DNA of 64,000 nt, from NCBI GenBank assembly GCA_965214705.1, contig CBDCCI010000002.1, positions 64,001-128,000 on the forward strand. The letters run 5' to 3'. Source of the stretch: Alphaproteobacteria bacterium. Its GTDB lineage: Bacteria; Pseudomonadota; Alphaproteobacteria; UBA828. The notes beneath the pieces were generated by a model. That model had not been told where the DNA came from. It ran no database searches and saw only the letters and a program-made list of their open reading frames with translations. Position numbers and translations under genes: made by a program. This document shows, piece by piece, positions 54,959 to 64,000 of this stretch (position 1 is its first letter; the number at the start of each line of letters is the position of its first letter).

Positions 54959-55991
54959 CTAACGTATTTCTTGCCGGTAAGCCCCGTTTCGTAGCGAAGC
55001 TGCACCGGCCATGGCCCGCGCGGGTCCAGCGAGCCCGCGCGGGCCTCTTTCTTGTTCCTCATCAGACCGAGACTACGGTCCCGCACCGCCAACCGCCGAA
55101 GCCACGATGCTCGCCGATCTCCCGCATTCCCCCACCATCCGGGGAAATCCCTGAACCGATCAATGTGAGAAAAATCGCCGGCCCGCTATCCGCCTAAAGC
55201 GGGAAACAACAGCGAGGACGACCGGCACGTCATGGAGGCCGTAGTAGGGCGGCGCAAGCCCGCAATGCCTCCATGTCTGCATCGCCGAGTGAGCGGTTGA
55301 TCGCGTGAAACTCGTAGTACTGTTACTCGCTCACGTCTGGTCTTTCTGCTCCGGATCTACAGGGTCAGCGCGCCCACATCGAAGGGTTCGGCGGGCGCGT
55401 GTGTGGAACCGCGGGGATTCCGCAAGGCGGCGCGGTCATCAACAATCTCTTCCACATGGGAGAGACTCGGTTCGAGCGCAATAAGCCGAGGCTGCGGCGC
55501 GCGTCTAGTCCGTGGAGCCGGGGCCGCCATCCTTGTTCCAGAGCCGCATCGGCACGGACTTGTAAGCCAGATTGATGAGCAGTGCCGCCACAGTCGCCTC
55601 GAACTAGTAGTCGTCATATGCCCGTCCCAACCGATCGCGTCGTTCTTCGTCGGCCGCTCTCCTCCTCAGCCTATTAAGCAAGAGAACGACAATCATGGCG
55701 ACGACCGAGAGCAGCTCGGACGCATCGTCGTCTCGCATGACCTCTATGGCATGGGTGTCCCGAAGGCTGATTAGCCGCTTGTTCGCTTGAGCCACCAGCG
55801 TCTCGTCCAGCGCAATCATGAATTTGACGTCCCACAGGTTGCCTCTCACCTGCGCACCGTGGAAGGGGCCGCCCTTCACGTCGTAGACGCGCCGCAGGGA
55901 AAACAATGGGACTTATACGCCTAACTAGCCAATTTGTCATTGACCAGCCCGCCTATTTGTGACACTATGCTAGCCAAGATTGGAGGCTGGC

Positions 55992-56960
55992 ATGACACAG
56001 AAGGCACCCGGACGCTCCCACCGCACTGGCATGACGGTCATGGAGCTGCTGCGGAAGTTCCCCGATGATGAGGCCGCCGAGAAGTGGTTTGAAGCCCAGC
56101 GCTGGCCCGAGGGCCGCTTCTGCCCCGATTGCGGGTCCACCAACACCGTGGCCGTCGCAAGCCGGAAGCCCATGCCCTACCGCTGCCGGGACTGCCGACA
56201 TCACTTCTCAGTCCGCAAGGGCACGGTCATGCAATCCTCGAAGCTCGGGCTCCAGAAGTGGGCCATCGCGCTCTACATGATGACCACGGGCATTAAGGGC
56301 ACGTCGAGCATGAAGCTCTATCGCGAGGTTGGCATCCGCCAGGCCACCGCGTGGTTCCTGATGCAGCGCATCCGCGAGGGTTTCATCGAAGGCGAGAACA
56401 AGCCCTTCCCCGGCCCCGTCGAGGTGGATGAGACCTTCATCGGAGGCAAGGAGAAGAACAAGCACGCGCGCAAGAAGCTGCGCGCCGGCCGGGGCGGGGT
56501 CGGCAAGACAGTGGTCGCAGGCGCCAAGGATCGCGCCAGCAAGCGCGTTTCAGCCGAGATCGTTCCCGATACCACCCGCCTGACACTGAGCGGCTTTGTG
56601 AGCGCCCATGCGGCGCCTGACGCCACGGTCTACACCGACGAGTCCAAGAGCTACTCAGGCCTGCCTCACCATGAGAGTGTCGTGCATTCACGCGGTGAGT
56701 ACGTTCGCGGCGACGCGCACACGAACGGCATTGAGTCGTTCTGGAGCCTCTTCAAGCGCGGCTACCACGGCACCTTCCACAAGATCAGCCCGAAGCATCT
56801 TGATCGGTACGTCCGGGAATTCACGGGCCGCAACAATATCCGCGACCTCGACACCATCGACCAGATGGCAGCACTGGTGAGGGGCATGACGGGGAAGCGG
56901 CTGCGCTACCGTGAACTGATCGCGGACAACGGCCTGTCCAGCGGCGCGCGGTCGTGCTAG
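55992..56960 (+). CDS. IS1595-family transposase
   Basis: CPDCGS..YRCRDC, VEVDETFIGG, YTDE, HTNGIESFW. Confidence 0.95.
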   Translation: MTQKAPGRSHRTGMTVMELLRKFPDDEAAEKWFEAQRWPEGRFCPDCGSTNTVAVASRKPMPYRCRDCRHHFSVRKGTVMQSSKLGLQKWAIALYMMTTGIKGTSSMKLYREVGIRQATAWFLMQRIREGFIEGENKPFPGPVEVDETFIGGKEKNKHARKKLRAGRGGVGKTVVAGAKDRASKRVSAEIVPDTTRLTLSGFVSAHAAPDATVYTDESKSYSGLPHHESVVHSRGEYVRGDAHTNGIESFWSLFKRGYHGTFHKISPKHLDRYVREFTGRNNIRDLDTIDQMAALVRGMTGKRLRYRELIADNGLSSGARSC

Positions 56961-57000
56961 GCGCCACTTACTTGATCAATTTCAAACGCTGCAGGTCGCC

Positions 57001-57195
57001 TTAGACCCGTTCTTTGCAACCGGCCTGCGCGAGAACGCTATTCGCCGTCTTCTTGCTGAGAATCTTGCTCGGAACCGTGATGCGCTTCCCCGTCTTTCCA
57101 TGCTCCCACCGCTCGTGACTGGATTTGCGGTGTCGAATCTTGGACCATCCGGCCTTCTTGATGAGGCTCTTGACCCCTCGCGCGTAGTCGGCCAT
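57001..57195 (-). CDS. hicA: HicA-family toxin
   Basis: 64 aa, basic; KAGW...KSSHERW..ITVP...ANSVLAQAG. Confidence 0.8.
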   Translation of the reverse strand: MADYARGVKSLIKKAGWSKIRHRKSSHERWEHGKTGKRITVPSKILSKKTANSVLAQAGCKERV

Positions 57196-57204
57196 GTCGG
57201 TGAT

Positions 57205-57567
57205 CTAACCGCTGACCGCGTGAGCGTCCTCGACCATATAGCGATGTGGGCGCTGAATAGCTCGAGATAGCTGCGGCGCACCCCTCTTGGCGATGGCGGG
57301 CTGAGGCTCGGGAAACTGAACCTTCACGAGTGCCGCTTCACCCTCTGGCAGACCGATATTGTGGTCGATCAGGTGGGGTGCCTCTTGCATGAGGGCGTCA
57401 AGGAATTCCCCCTTGGTGGCAGCTTCCAAGGTCAGCCCGGGGATATCCTCACTCGTTCCGACATACACGCCCCCTTCCGGGCACCAGACCACGTCGACCA
57501 CATACATCCGAGCATCACCGATGATGCTCGGATCATCGGTGGGCGTGGATCGGCGTTTGTCTTGCAT
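57205..57567 (-). CDS. HicB-like (DUF1902-type) antitoxin
   Basis: WCPEGGVYVGTSEDIPGLTLEAAT; directly upstream of hicA. Confidence 0.75.
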   Translation of the reverse strand: MQDKRRSTPTDDPSIIGDARMYVVDVVWCPEGGVYVGTSEDIPGLTLEAATKGEFLDALMQEAPHLIDHNIGLPEGEAALVKVQFPEPQPAIAKRGAPQLSRAIQRPHRYMVEDAHAVSG

Positions 57568-57661
57568 GATGTCATGATCCTCTCATTCTAGTGCCGTCGA
57601 AGCTGGATGATCGGCTCGACGACGGCGGCTGCGGACGATGATGAATCTTCATCGTTCGCAA

Positions 57662-57686
57662 ATAGACCCCACTAGGTGGGGTCTAT
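57662..57686. promoter_or_regulatory. Perfect palindrome upstream of the TA operon (candidate operator)
   Basis: ATAGACCCCAC-TAG-GTGGGGTCTAT. Confidence 0.5.
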
Positions 57687-57888
57687 CATCATCATGTCGA
57701 CATGACGTCAGATCGTCAATCGGACGAAGCCGTGTCTTCGGTCGCGTCTTCGTCCGATGTAGCATTCTCGTCATCGGACGGATACTTCGGCGCCCGCCTG
57801 TCCGCCGCATCAGCGTGCGCCCGGCGCATCGCCAGGGTAAGCAAATCTGCCTCGCCGGTGGTCTTCGCCATGTCTTGAGTCCCGATGG

Positions 57889-59523
57889 TTAGCGTGACGC
57901 GCCGAACGCGGCGGTGAGATCGCTGCGCTCGAGCGTGCCCGCTGCGCCTTCGTGCGCAGCTCCGGTGAAGATGCCTGTGAGTGTACCATCATCGCCGCCA
58001 GTCTCGCGGAACGTGTTGCCGGTCACGGCGATGGTGTAGCCGAGATCGCCGTCAAGCCACGTCGTGCCGGTGCCTGCCGCGCCGGGGGCCATGCCGACAT
58101 CCCACGATTCGAGCGCAGTGAAGTCCGCGCGACCCGTGAGCGTTGCGAGCTGCACGTCGATTTCTGCGTCACCGGCGACGGGACTTCGCCCGGAGAATCC
58201 GAGCAAGGTACCAGTCCACGTCGCCGATCCGCTCAGTGCCTGGTTGTTGGTGAGATCGCCGGCGCCCGGCCATGGACCATAGGCGTAGGGCTCGGCGTAG
58301 CCGTTCCGCAGCGCCACCCCGAAGCCCGCATAGGGCCCGTTGCCGTGGAGGTGTGTCGACGTGGCGCCCCAGGGGCCGAAGTCGGTGGGCGAGCCGCCGT
58401 ACAGCACCCGCAGTGCCTCCCGGTCTGCCGGATAGAGGAGCGAAGAGGGCTGCTGCGCACCCTGCCTCAGACGGTACATGTCGCTGTTGTCGGCCATGAG
58501 GGTGTCGAAGTCGGGCGAGACGTGGCCCAGCCCGAGCGCGTGCATGAGCTCATGCGCTATCAGGATGACGGCTCGGCGATAGCCGCCGAAGAATGCCTCG
58601 TTATCGCTGAAGACGTTGGCCCCTCTGTCCAAGCGGATCGAGTGGGATGCTCTGGTGATTTCCCCTGCAGAGTTCCTTCTGATGTTGCCGAATGTTCTGC
58701 CGGCGGCGTTGCCCCCGAGTGTTCCCGCGCGGACGAACGAGACCGTGATGTCGGCGCGCCCGTCCGATCCTAGCAGCGGATCGAAGATGCTCATCCGAGC
58801 CTCGGGCGGGAGCGCCGCGTTGACCATCCGGATGGCGGCTTTGATCCAGCCGCGTTCCTGGTGTGTTGCCCCGTCAGCCATCATGACGGCGGGAGGTCGG
58901 TTGACGTAATTCCCTTCTGCCCGAGCTTGGTCGAGGTAGCGGCGCAAGGCGGTCTGCCCTACGCCATCGGCGACGGTGCCATGCCTCACCTCGATATCAT
59001 CGCGAGTGGCGACAATCGGGAGCCCGCCGATGGCGCTGCCCTGATCCACACCGACGCGGAAGTAATCGGCGCCGAAGTAGACCGGGATGCGCCCGACATC
59101 TGCGGAGGCATTCGCCCTGTCGAAGAGGCTGTAGTGGAGGCTGGCGATGAACTCACCGTCGGAACTCTGACAGAAGGAATCGCACTCCACCTCGGGCAGC
59201 GGGAATGGGGGCCGCGCTGCGGCTCGTTCGGCTGCCTCGCGTTCGGCTTGTTCGCGGGCTTCGCGTTCCTGACGTTCCTGTTCCGCCGCTTCACGTTCGG
59301 CCTCTTCTCTAGCGAGACGCTCCCGCTCCAGGCGCTCCGCTTCCTCCTGGGCAAGCCGTTCGGCTTCCTCCCGCTCCAGGCGTTCCTGTTCTGCGGCGTC
59401 GAGTTCGGCCTGCGTGGGTTGATCTGTCGGCGTGACGGGAATGCTCCCGCCTCCACCGCCACACGCGGCGAGCGCGACCAAGGCCGCAGCGCACGCTACG
59501 GCGGTCAACGATGTTCTGATCAT
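57889..59523 (-). CDS. Lipoprotein with HEXXH metallopeptidase motif and charged coiled-coil linker
   Basis: VALAAC-GGGGG; E/R/A repeats; HELMHALGLGH; paralog of 10521-11960. Confidence 0.8.
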   Translation of the reverse strand: MIRTSLTAVACAAALVALAACGGGGGSIPVTPTDQPTQAELDAAEQERLEREEAERLAQEEAERLERERLAREEAEREAAEQERQEREAREQAEREAAERAAARPPFPLPEVECDSFCQSSDGEFIASLHYSLFDRANASADVGRIPVYFGADYFRVGVDQGSAIGGLPIVATRDDIEVRHGTVADGVGQTALRRYLDQARAEGNYVNRPPAVMMADGATHQERGWIKAAIRMVNAALPPEARMSIFDPLLGSDGRADITVSFVRAGTLGGNAAGRTFGNIRRNSAGEITRASHSIRLDRGANVFSDNEAFFGGYRRAVILIAHELMHALGLGHVSPDFDTLMADNSDMYRLRQGAQQPSSLLYPADREALRVLYGGSPTDFGPWGATSTHLHGNGPYAGFGVALRNGYAEPYAYGPWPGAGDLTNNQALSGSATWTGTLLGFSGRSPVAGDAEIDVQLATLTGRADFTALESWDVGMAPGAAGTGTTWLDGDLGYTIAVTGNTFRETGGDDGTLTGIFTGAAHEGAAGTLERSDLTAAFGASR

Positions 59524-59814
59524 GGGTCCATCTCCCGTGGACCCGGCCAGCGCCGCGGTTGCGGCCCCTGGTGCCGGGCCGTTGCACCTATCCACGGAAC
59601 ATGGAGAGTCCCGCCTATTCGCCAAGCTCAGGGAGCTACCCCGAGCCGGGTTGAGGCTATGGTATTCAGCGGGCGGCCCGACAGAGCGGGCTCCGCAGAT
59701 AGGTGCAGAGAGAACAGTGAACCATCCGTGTGGATGGCACAAGGAATATCACCAGTTGCCTAGCCAAATCTCGCGGCGTAGACTGCCCTGCGACATGATG
59801 GCTGGAGAGGGGCG

Positions 59815-59988
59815 ATGACGAAGAAGCCCACCAACCCGCGCCCACGGGGTCGCCCGCCGAAGCCCATCCCGAAGATCGAGGCCAGCCCTGAGCGCGTGGC
59901 GCGCGCGATCTTCTCTGCGGTGAAGCCGCCGGACCCGTCAATCAGGGGGACAAAGACCAGTCCTCGCAAGCCGAAGTCCGGTGCATGA
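59815..59988 (+). CDS. 57-aa basic microprotein with AT-hook-like PRGRPP motif
   Basis: Read manually (below the ORF-track cutoff); purine-rich RBS; stop 1 bp before the XRE gene. Confidence 0.6.
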   Translation: MTKKPTNPRPRGRPPKPIPKIEASPERVARAIFSAVKPPDPSIRGTKTSPRKPKSGA

Positions 59989-59989
59989 G

Positions 59990-60286
59990 GTGAGCGCACC
60001 GAACCGCATCCGCGAAGTCCGCGAGGCGAAGGGGCTGACGCAAACGCAACTGGGGAAGCGATGCGGTAAGAACCAGCAGTGGATTCAGCGGTTGGAGTGT
60101 GGCGTCCGCACGCTGACGGTGCCGAAGCTACAGAAGATCGCGGAACAACTGAAGTGCAGCCCGCTTGAGCTTCTCCCGGAGGACATGGTGCCGGCAGAAA
60201 TGGTGGACACCGCCGCGCTGTACGCTCGCCTGTCGCCCGAAGATCGTGCGGTGGCCAAGCGGATAATCAAGAGCTTGGCTAGTTAG
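59990..60286 (+). CDS. XRE-family HTH regulator
   Basis: NRIREVREAKGLTQTQLG...IQRLECG. Confidence 0.88.
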   Translation: MSAPNRIREVREAKGLTQTQLGKRCGKNQQWIQRLECGVRTLTVPKLQKIAEQLKCSPLELLPEDMVPAEMVDTAALYARLSPEDRAVAKRIIKSLAS

Positions 60287-60838
60287 GCGTATAAGTCCCA
60301 AAACAATCTACTTCTGATCGCGAAGTCGCCGGCCTTACCTTCGACGAGCCAAGTGGGAGCCCACGAGAACAGCTTGCGCTTGATGCGCGCGACTTCAGTC
60401 TCGCCGGCATTGACGAAGAATGATCTGGAAGAAAAGAAGGGCCCTCGCGAGCAGCTATAAATCACCGTTCCGGCGTCGTCGAAAATCTCGATCCGGTCCC
60501 TGAGAGACAGCAGCTTGTTGCTGATGTGCAGCACCCTCGTCATGAGCTAGCTTGCATATCCGGCGCCTCTACAGGGGATGAGGCTGCGTGTCGCATCGAG
60601 CAAACCCGCCGGCCAATTCTGCAGACAGGTGGCCGTAGAAAGGAGTGATGTCCAGGTTGCGCGCACGGCCTCTTGAAGCAGAAGTCGGTTGGGTGAACCG
60701 CCGATGACGCGGGCCAAATCGGCGAATTCGGCACCGGAGGCGGAGGGTTGTACAGCGGCATGACTGTATCGCCCGATGCGCGCTTCGCCGAGGCGGCACC
60801 AGTATAAAATCAGCATGCATGATGCCCCCGTTACTGTT

Positions 60839-61370
60839 CTAGCCGCCGCCGGTGGCGACCAAAGGATCAATGCGCGAGACGTCAATTGTCGCGCGTGCGC
60901 GGTCGGGATCGTAAAGCCGCTGCCACGCCAACCGCGACTCTGCGGTCATGCCCAACGCCCGGCCGATCCGGAGCGCCATGTCCGCCGTGACGGCATGCCG
61001 GCAACTGACGATTTCGCTGATGCTTTGTGGCGACACGTCGATCACATTCGCCAGTCGGTGCTGGCTGATCCCCAGTTCGCCGAGAGTCTCCGCCGGATGC
61101 CCACCGGGGGGATCGCTGCAATGTCGGTCATGATCAACGTCCTGGCGGTAGTCGGTAATCTCGATCTCGGTCGAACCCTCGTGCGTCCAGCGGACGCACA
61201 CCCGCCATCGATCACAGTTACGAATGCTGTACTGGCCACGACGATTGCCACTCAGTGTCTGGAGCCGATGTGAGGGCGGAAGCCGCAGGTCGGACGGCGC
61301 CCTGGTCGTGACCATCCGCTGAAGGCGCAGACGCGCCCGGCGCTGAATGTCCGGAGGCTGGCGCGAACAT
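60839..61370 (-). pseudogene. higA: Degenerate higBA toxin-antitoxin locus
   Basis: DLRLPPSHRL..LSGNRRGQYSIR (HigB); LGISQHRLA..VTADMALRIGRALG (HigA); frameshifts. Confidence 0.8.
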
Positions 61371-61464
61371 GCCGCTCACGAAAGAGCCGCTCGGCATCCC
61401 TGTTCCTGAACCGCCTCCCCATTCGAGATCGCGAGCTGCCCGCGCGAGTGTGGCTCCACGCCAG

Positions 61465-62112
61465 TCAGGAACTTGCCTGGTGCCGGGTGATCTCAACCGG
61501 CTCACGGTGCTTGTACATGTCCGCGCCGATGCTGGCCGCGACCTTGGCCGCCGACTCCTTGACGGAATCCCGCGCGAGATGCGCGTACCGCGCGGTGGTC
61601 TCGACTTGCGTGTGACCGAGAAGCCGGCCGATCATCGGAAGGGATTCTCCCAATGCCAGCGCCCTGCTGGCCCAGCTGTGCCGCAGGTCATGAAGCCGCA
61701 CGTCATCGAGTTTCGCGCGGCGCCGGATGACCTCCCACGGCTGGTTGATATTGCGCAGGTGCTCGCCACGCTTCCTGCTCACGATCACCCACGGATTGTC
61801 CAGCACGCGCGGAAGCTCAGAAAGCACCCGCGCCGCCGCCGGCGATAGCGGAATCGCCCGAGGACCCGTCTTGGAATCGGCGAGGTGCAGCACATTCGCT
61901 TCCAGATCCACATCGGTCCAGCGCAGGCCAAGGACCTCGCTGCGCCGGCACCCCGTCAACATCAACAGGCGCAGCGCCGCCACCGCGTGCACCGATATGC
62001 CGCCCTCATGAGCCGCCTCGCTCAGCACGCGGCCCAGCCGGCGGAACTCCTCTTCCGTCAGAAAGCGCTCATGCTTGTGGGTTTTGTACTTGGGAAACGC
62101 CCGGCACGGATT
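61465..62112 (-). pseudogene. Tyrosine recombinase C-terminal half, truncated by the adjacent IS
   Basis: ERFLT, TGCRRSE, DSKTG, HDLRH, LLGH, TTARY. Confidence 0.88.
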
Positions 62113-63650
62113 GGGTGTGATTCTCGTATGGCGATATGCCAGTCGTGATGGCACTAAAGGATATGGGCTGGTTCATTTTGGTCAAGCAGCGAGTGCCAGG
62201 ACTTCGGTTGGGCTGATGTTGTCGTTAGCTGGTCCGGATCGGGCGTCCATGAGCGCATCCCATGCCCGGTCGAAGAGGCCGGATTTGATCAGGGCGCGGA
62301 AGGTCAGAACCGCCTGCCCGCCGTCGATCCGCCAGCGCATGCCCGAGCGTTTCAAGCGCTGCGCGACGAGGGTCTTGCAGGCCGCCTCGACCACACCCGA
62401 GCCGATGGCGATGCCCTCTTCCTTCAGGGCGTGGTAGCGCATCCGATGGCGGTGCTTTCGGAAGAAGGCCAGCTCGCGCTCGATCTCGGCCGGGTCCCCC
62501 TTTGCCCTGTCCAGGAGGTAGCGCAGTGCCCGGATCACCTTGTCGACGCCGCGGGGGTCGTGGCGCAGGATTTCGCGGTGCTTCTCGAACCAGTGGCGCG
62601 CCACCGCATGGTCAGAGGCCACGCGGAGATGCTCGCAAGCGTGCCAGAAGTCGATGACCTCGGTCTCGGGCGAGAGGCTTTCGAGGAAGGTCCAGTTGTC
62701 GGCGGCCCCGTCGGCGACGGCGCCGATCCTGATCTTCGGGCTCACACGGCGGATATGGGCGACCTCGCTTGCAAGTTGCGCTTTCAGCGCGGCCTTGCCG
62801 CTCTCGGGCATACGGCCGAGATAGAGGGTCTTCAGCCGTTGGCCCTCGGCGTCGTGGAAGGAGACCGTGCCGCAAGAGGCCTCGCGCCAGCACGCCTCGG
62901 CACGGCCGTCCTCGCCGGCCCGCAGCGCCACCATGACGCCGTCAAGGGAGACGGACGCGGTGACCGCATCGGGCGGTATGCCCTGGGTTTCACGGATGCT
63001 GGCCAGCGTCTCCGGGGCGACGCTCTCCCAGTGCTCATGCATGCTCAGGGCCAGGCGCTGCAGCGTGCTCACCGACGGCGTCATTCCGCCCATTTTCGCG
63101 AAGAACTCCTCCGCTTCACGCGGCGTACAGTGGCCCATCATCATCAGCCCGAGCTGCGCCGCCGGCCGCGTCAGGTAGTCGTCGATGAGGCCCAGGCTCT
63201 CGTCCACCGGCACCAGCGACGTGCTGCTCGCGCCGCTGCGATAGCGCGCACGCCGATAGGTCACGGGACCGAGCGTCGTCATGATCGTCTTCGGCGTCGC
63301 CGCCACCCGGACCCAGCTCTGTCCGTCGCGCTCGATCCGGCTCGCACCGTCGTCGCGGCTCTCGGCGAAGGCCCCAAGGAGCTTGCAACCCAAGCCGTTC
63401 ATGGCGTCCCGCAGCCCCGTCTCAACCGTTTCGAACGTCTCGGCAGACGGGTCAGACCCAGCCTGTTCGCGACAGAACTCCACCACCTGGGCGACCGCTT
63501 CGGCGACTTCGGCAGGCAGGCCCAAAAGGTCGATGGACGAGGCGATGAGAGACTGCGACACTGGCATGGGAACGCTCCTGATGTTGGGTCTGATGTTGGG
63601 TTGTCGGCGCGGCATCCTACCGCATCTCGCGGTGCGGAGCGTTCCCACCC
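62113..63650 (-). mobile_element. ISKra4/ISLre2-like (Mutator-type DDE) element
   Basis: Weak IRs GGGTGTGA / GGGTGGGA; no TSD. Confidence 0.65.
62182..63567 (-). CDS. ISKra4/ISLre2-like transposase
   Basis: SLDGVMV, ADGAADNW, IDFWHACEHL, IGSGVVEAACK, RLKRSGMRW. Confidence 0.9.
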   Translation of the reverse strand: MPVSQSLIASSIDLLGLPAEVAEAVAQVVEFCREQAGSDPSAETFETVETGLRDAMNGLGCKLLGAFAESRDDGASRIERDGQSWVRVAATPKTIMTTLGPVTYRRARYRSGASSTSLVPVDESLGLIDDYLTRPAAQLGLMMMGHCTPREAEEFFAKMGGMTPSVSTLQRLALSMHEHWESVAPETLASIRETQGIPPDAVTASVSLDGVMVALRAGEDGRAEACWREASCGTVSFHDAEGQRLKTLYLGRMPESGKAALKAQLASEVAHIRRVSPKIRIGAVADGAADNWTFLESLSPETEVIDFWHACEHLRVASDHAVARHWFEKHREILRHDPRGVDKVIRALRYLLDRAKGDPAEIERELAFFRKHRHRMRYHALKEEGIAIGSGVVEAACKTLVAQRLKRSGMRWRIDGGQAVLTFRALIKSGLFDRAWDALMDARSGPANDNISPTEVLALAA

Positions 63651-64000
63651 ACCACTGCTGGATGCCGCCGTTGTGACAAAATCTTTAGGGTTGAGCAGGT
63701 TCGCGAGAGCGATCCTGCTCAACCTGTTTGAACGAAGCCGCGGGCCCCGAGACTGGACGTTGGATATGTGGAAAGTGCGCCGGTGGCGCGCTTAGGAAGG
63801 GATGACTGGCGGGATGCCTGTTGTCGCGGCTGCTGTTTCAGTCCGGGCTGGGCCGGCCTTCGGCACGTGAATCGGGGAGATCGATCGGGTCGAGCGGCGC
63901 GCCTGCGTGCATGATCGGGATCGAGCACGAGTTGCCCGGCTTGCCGGCGAGACGGCGCCGACGCACGAAGCTGAAGCGAAGGGATTACTCACGGTTGCAA

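Larger units (their letters stand above)
53180..55005 (-). pseudogene. Transposon-associated Cys/His protein split by IS5 and frameshifted
   Basis: VQLRYETGLTGKKYV|RAEAWRDARLERCPNHPHGGC..HGTYARK..RWYC; possible TGT element end at 55211. Confidence 0.7.
55908..60299 (+). mobile_element. IS1595-family cargo transposon (4392 bp)
   Basis: Perfect 25-bp IR GGGACTTATACGCCTAACTAGCCAA; 8-bp TSD AAAACAAT at 55900-55907 and 60300-60307. Confidence 0.96.
55604..60543 (-). pseudogene. LURP-one/YxjI-like gene split by the IS1595 cargo element (60543-60300 + 55899-55604)
   Basis: Rejoins in frame as IRSRLF|SLRRVYDV; KLLSLRDRIEIFD, VARIKRKLFSW, RGNLWD. Confidence 0.75.

Overview
GC-rich bacterial accessory region, probably alphaproteobacterial (inferred from the porin and regulator types), dominated by mobile elements and decaying genes. 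Boundaries read from inverted repeats (IRs) and target-site duplications (TSDs): (1) an IS66 inside a large serine recombinase gene; (2) an IS66-like element carrying a DUF4338 gene; (3) an IS630 holding both an IS66 and an IS21, with a group II twintron in the IS21 left end; (4) a 4.3-kb IS21-family transposon with extra Zn-finger and DUF3991/TOPRIM genes, inserted in a C1 peptidase gene; (5) IS1595 and IS5 insertions; (6) a 4.4-kb IS1595-family cargo transposon (HicBA-like TA, lipoprotein metallopeptidase, AT-hook microprotein, XRE regulator) inserted in a LURP-one-like gene. Other genes include ssb, a LuxR-type regulator, a porin, a sulfotransferase, an Rpn nuclease, vapBC, an Ig-repeat autotransporter-like protein and two caspase-domain paralogs. 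No CRISPR array, rRNA or tRNA was seen. Family assignments come from motif recognition only; no database search was run. The best candidates for undescribed biology are the primase-like-carrying IS21, the IS1595 cargo element, the intron programmed against IS21 end repeats and the IS66/DUF4338 unit.
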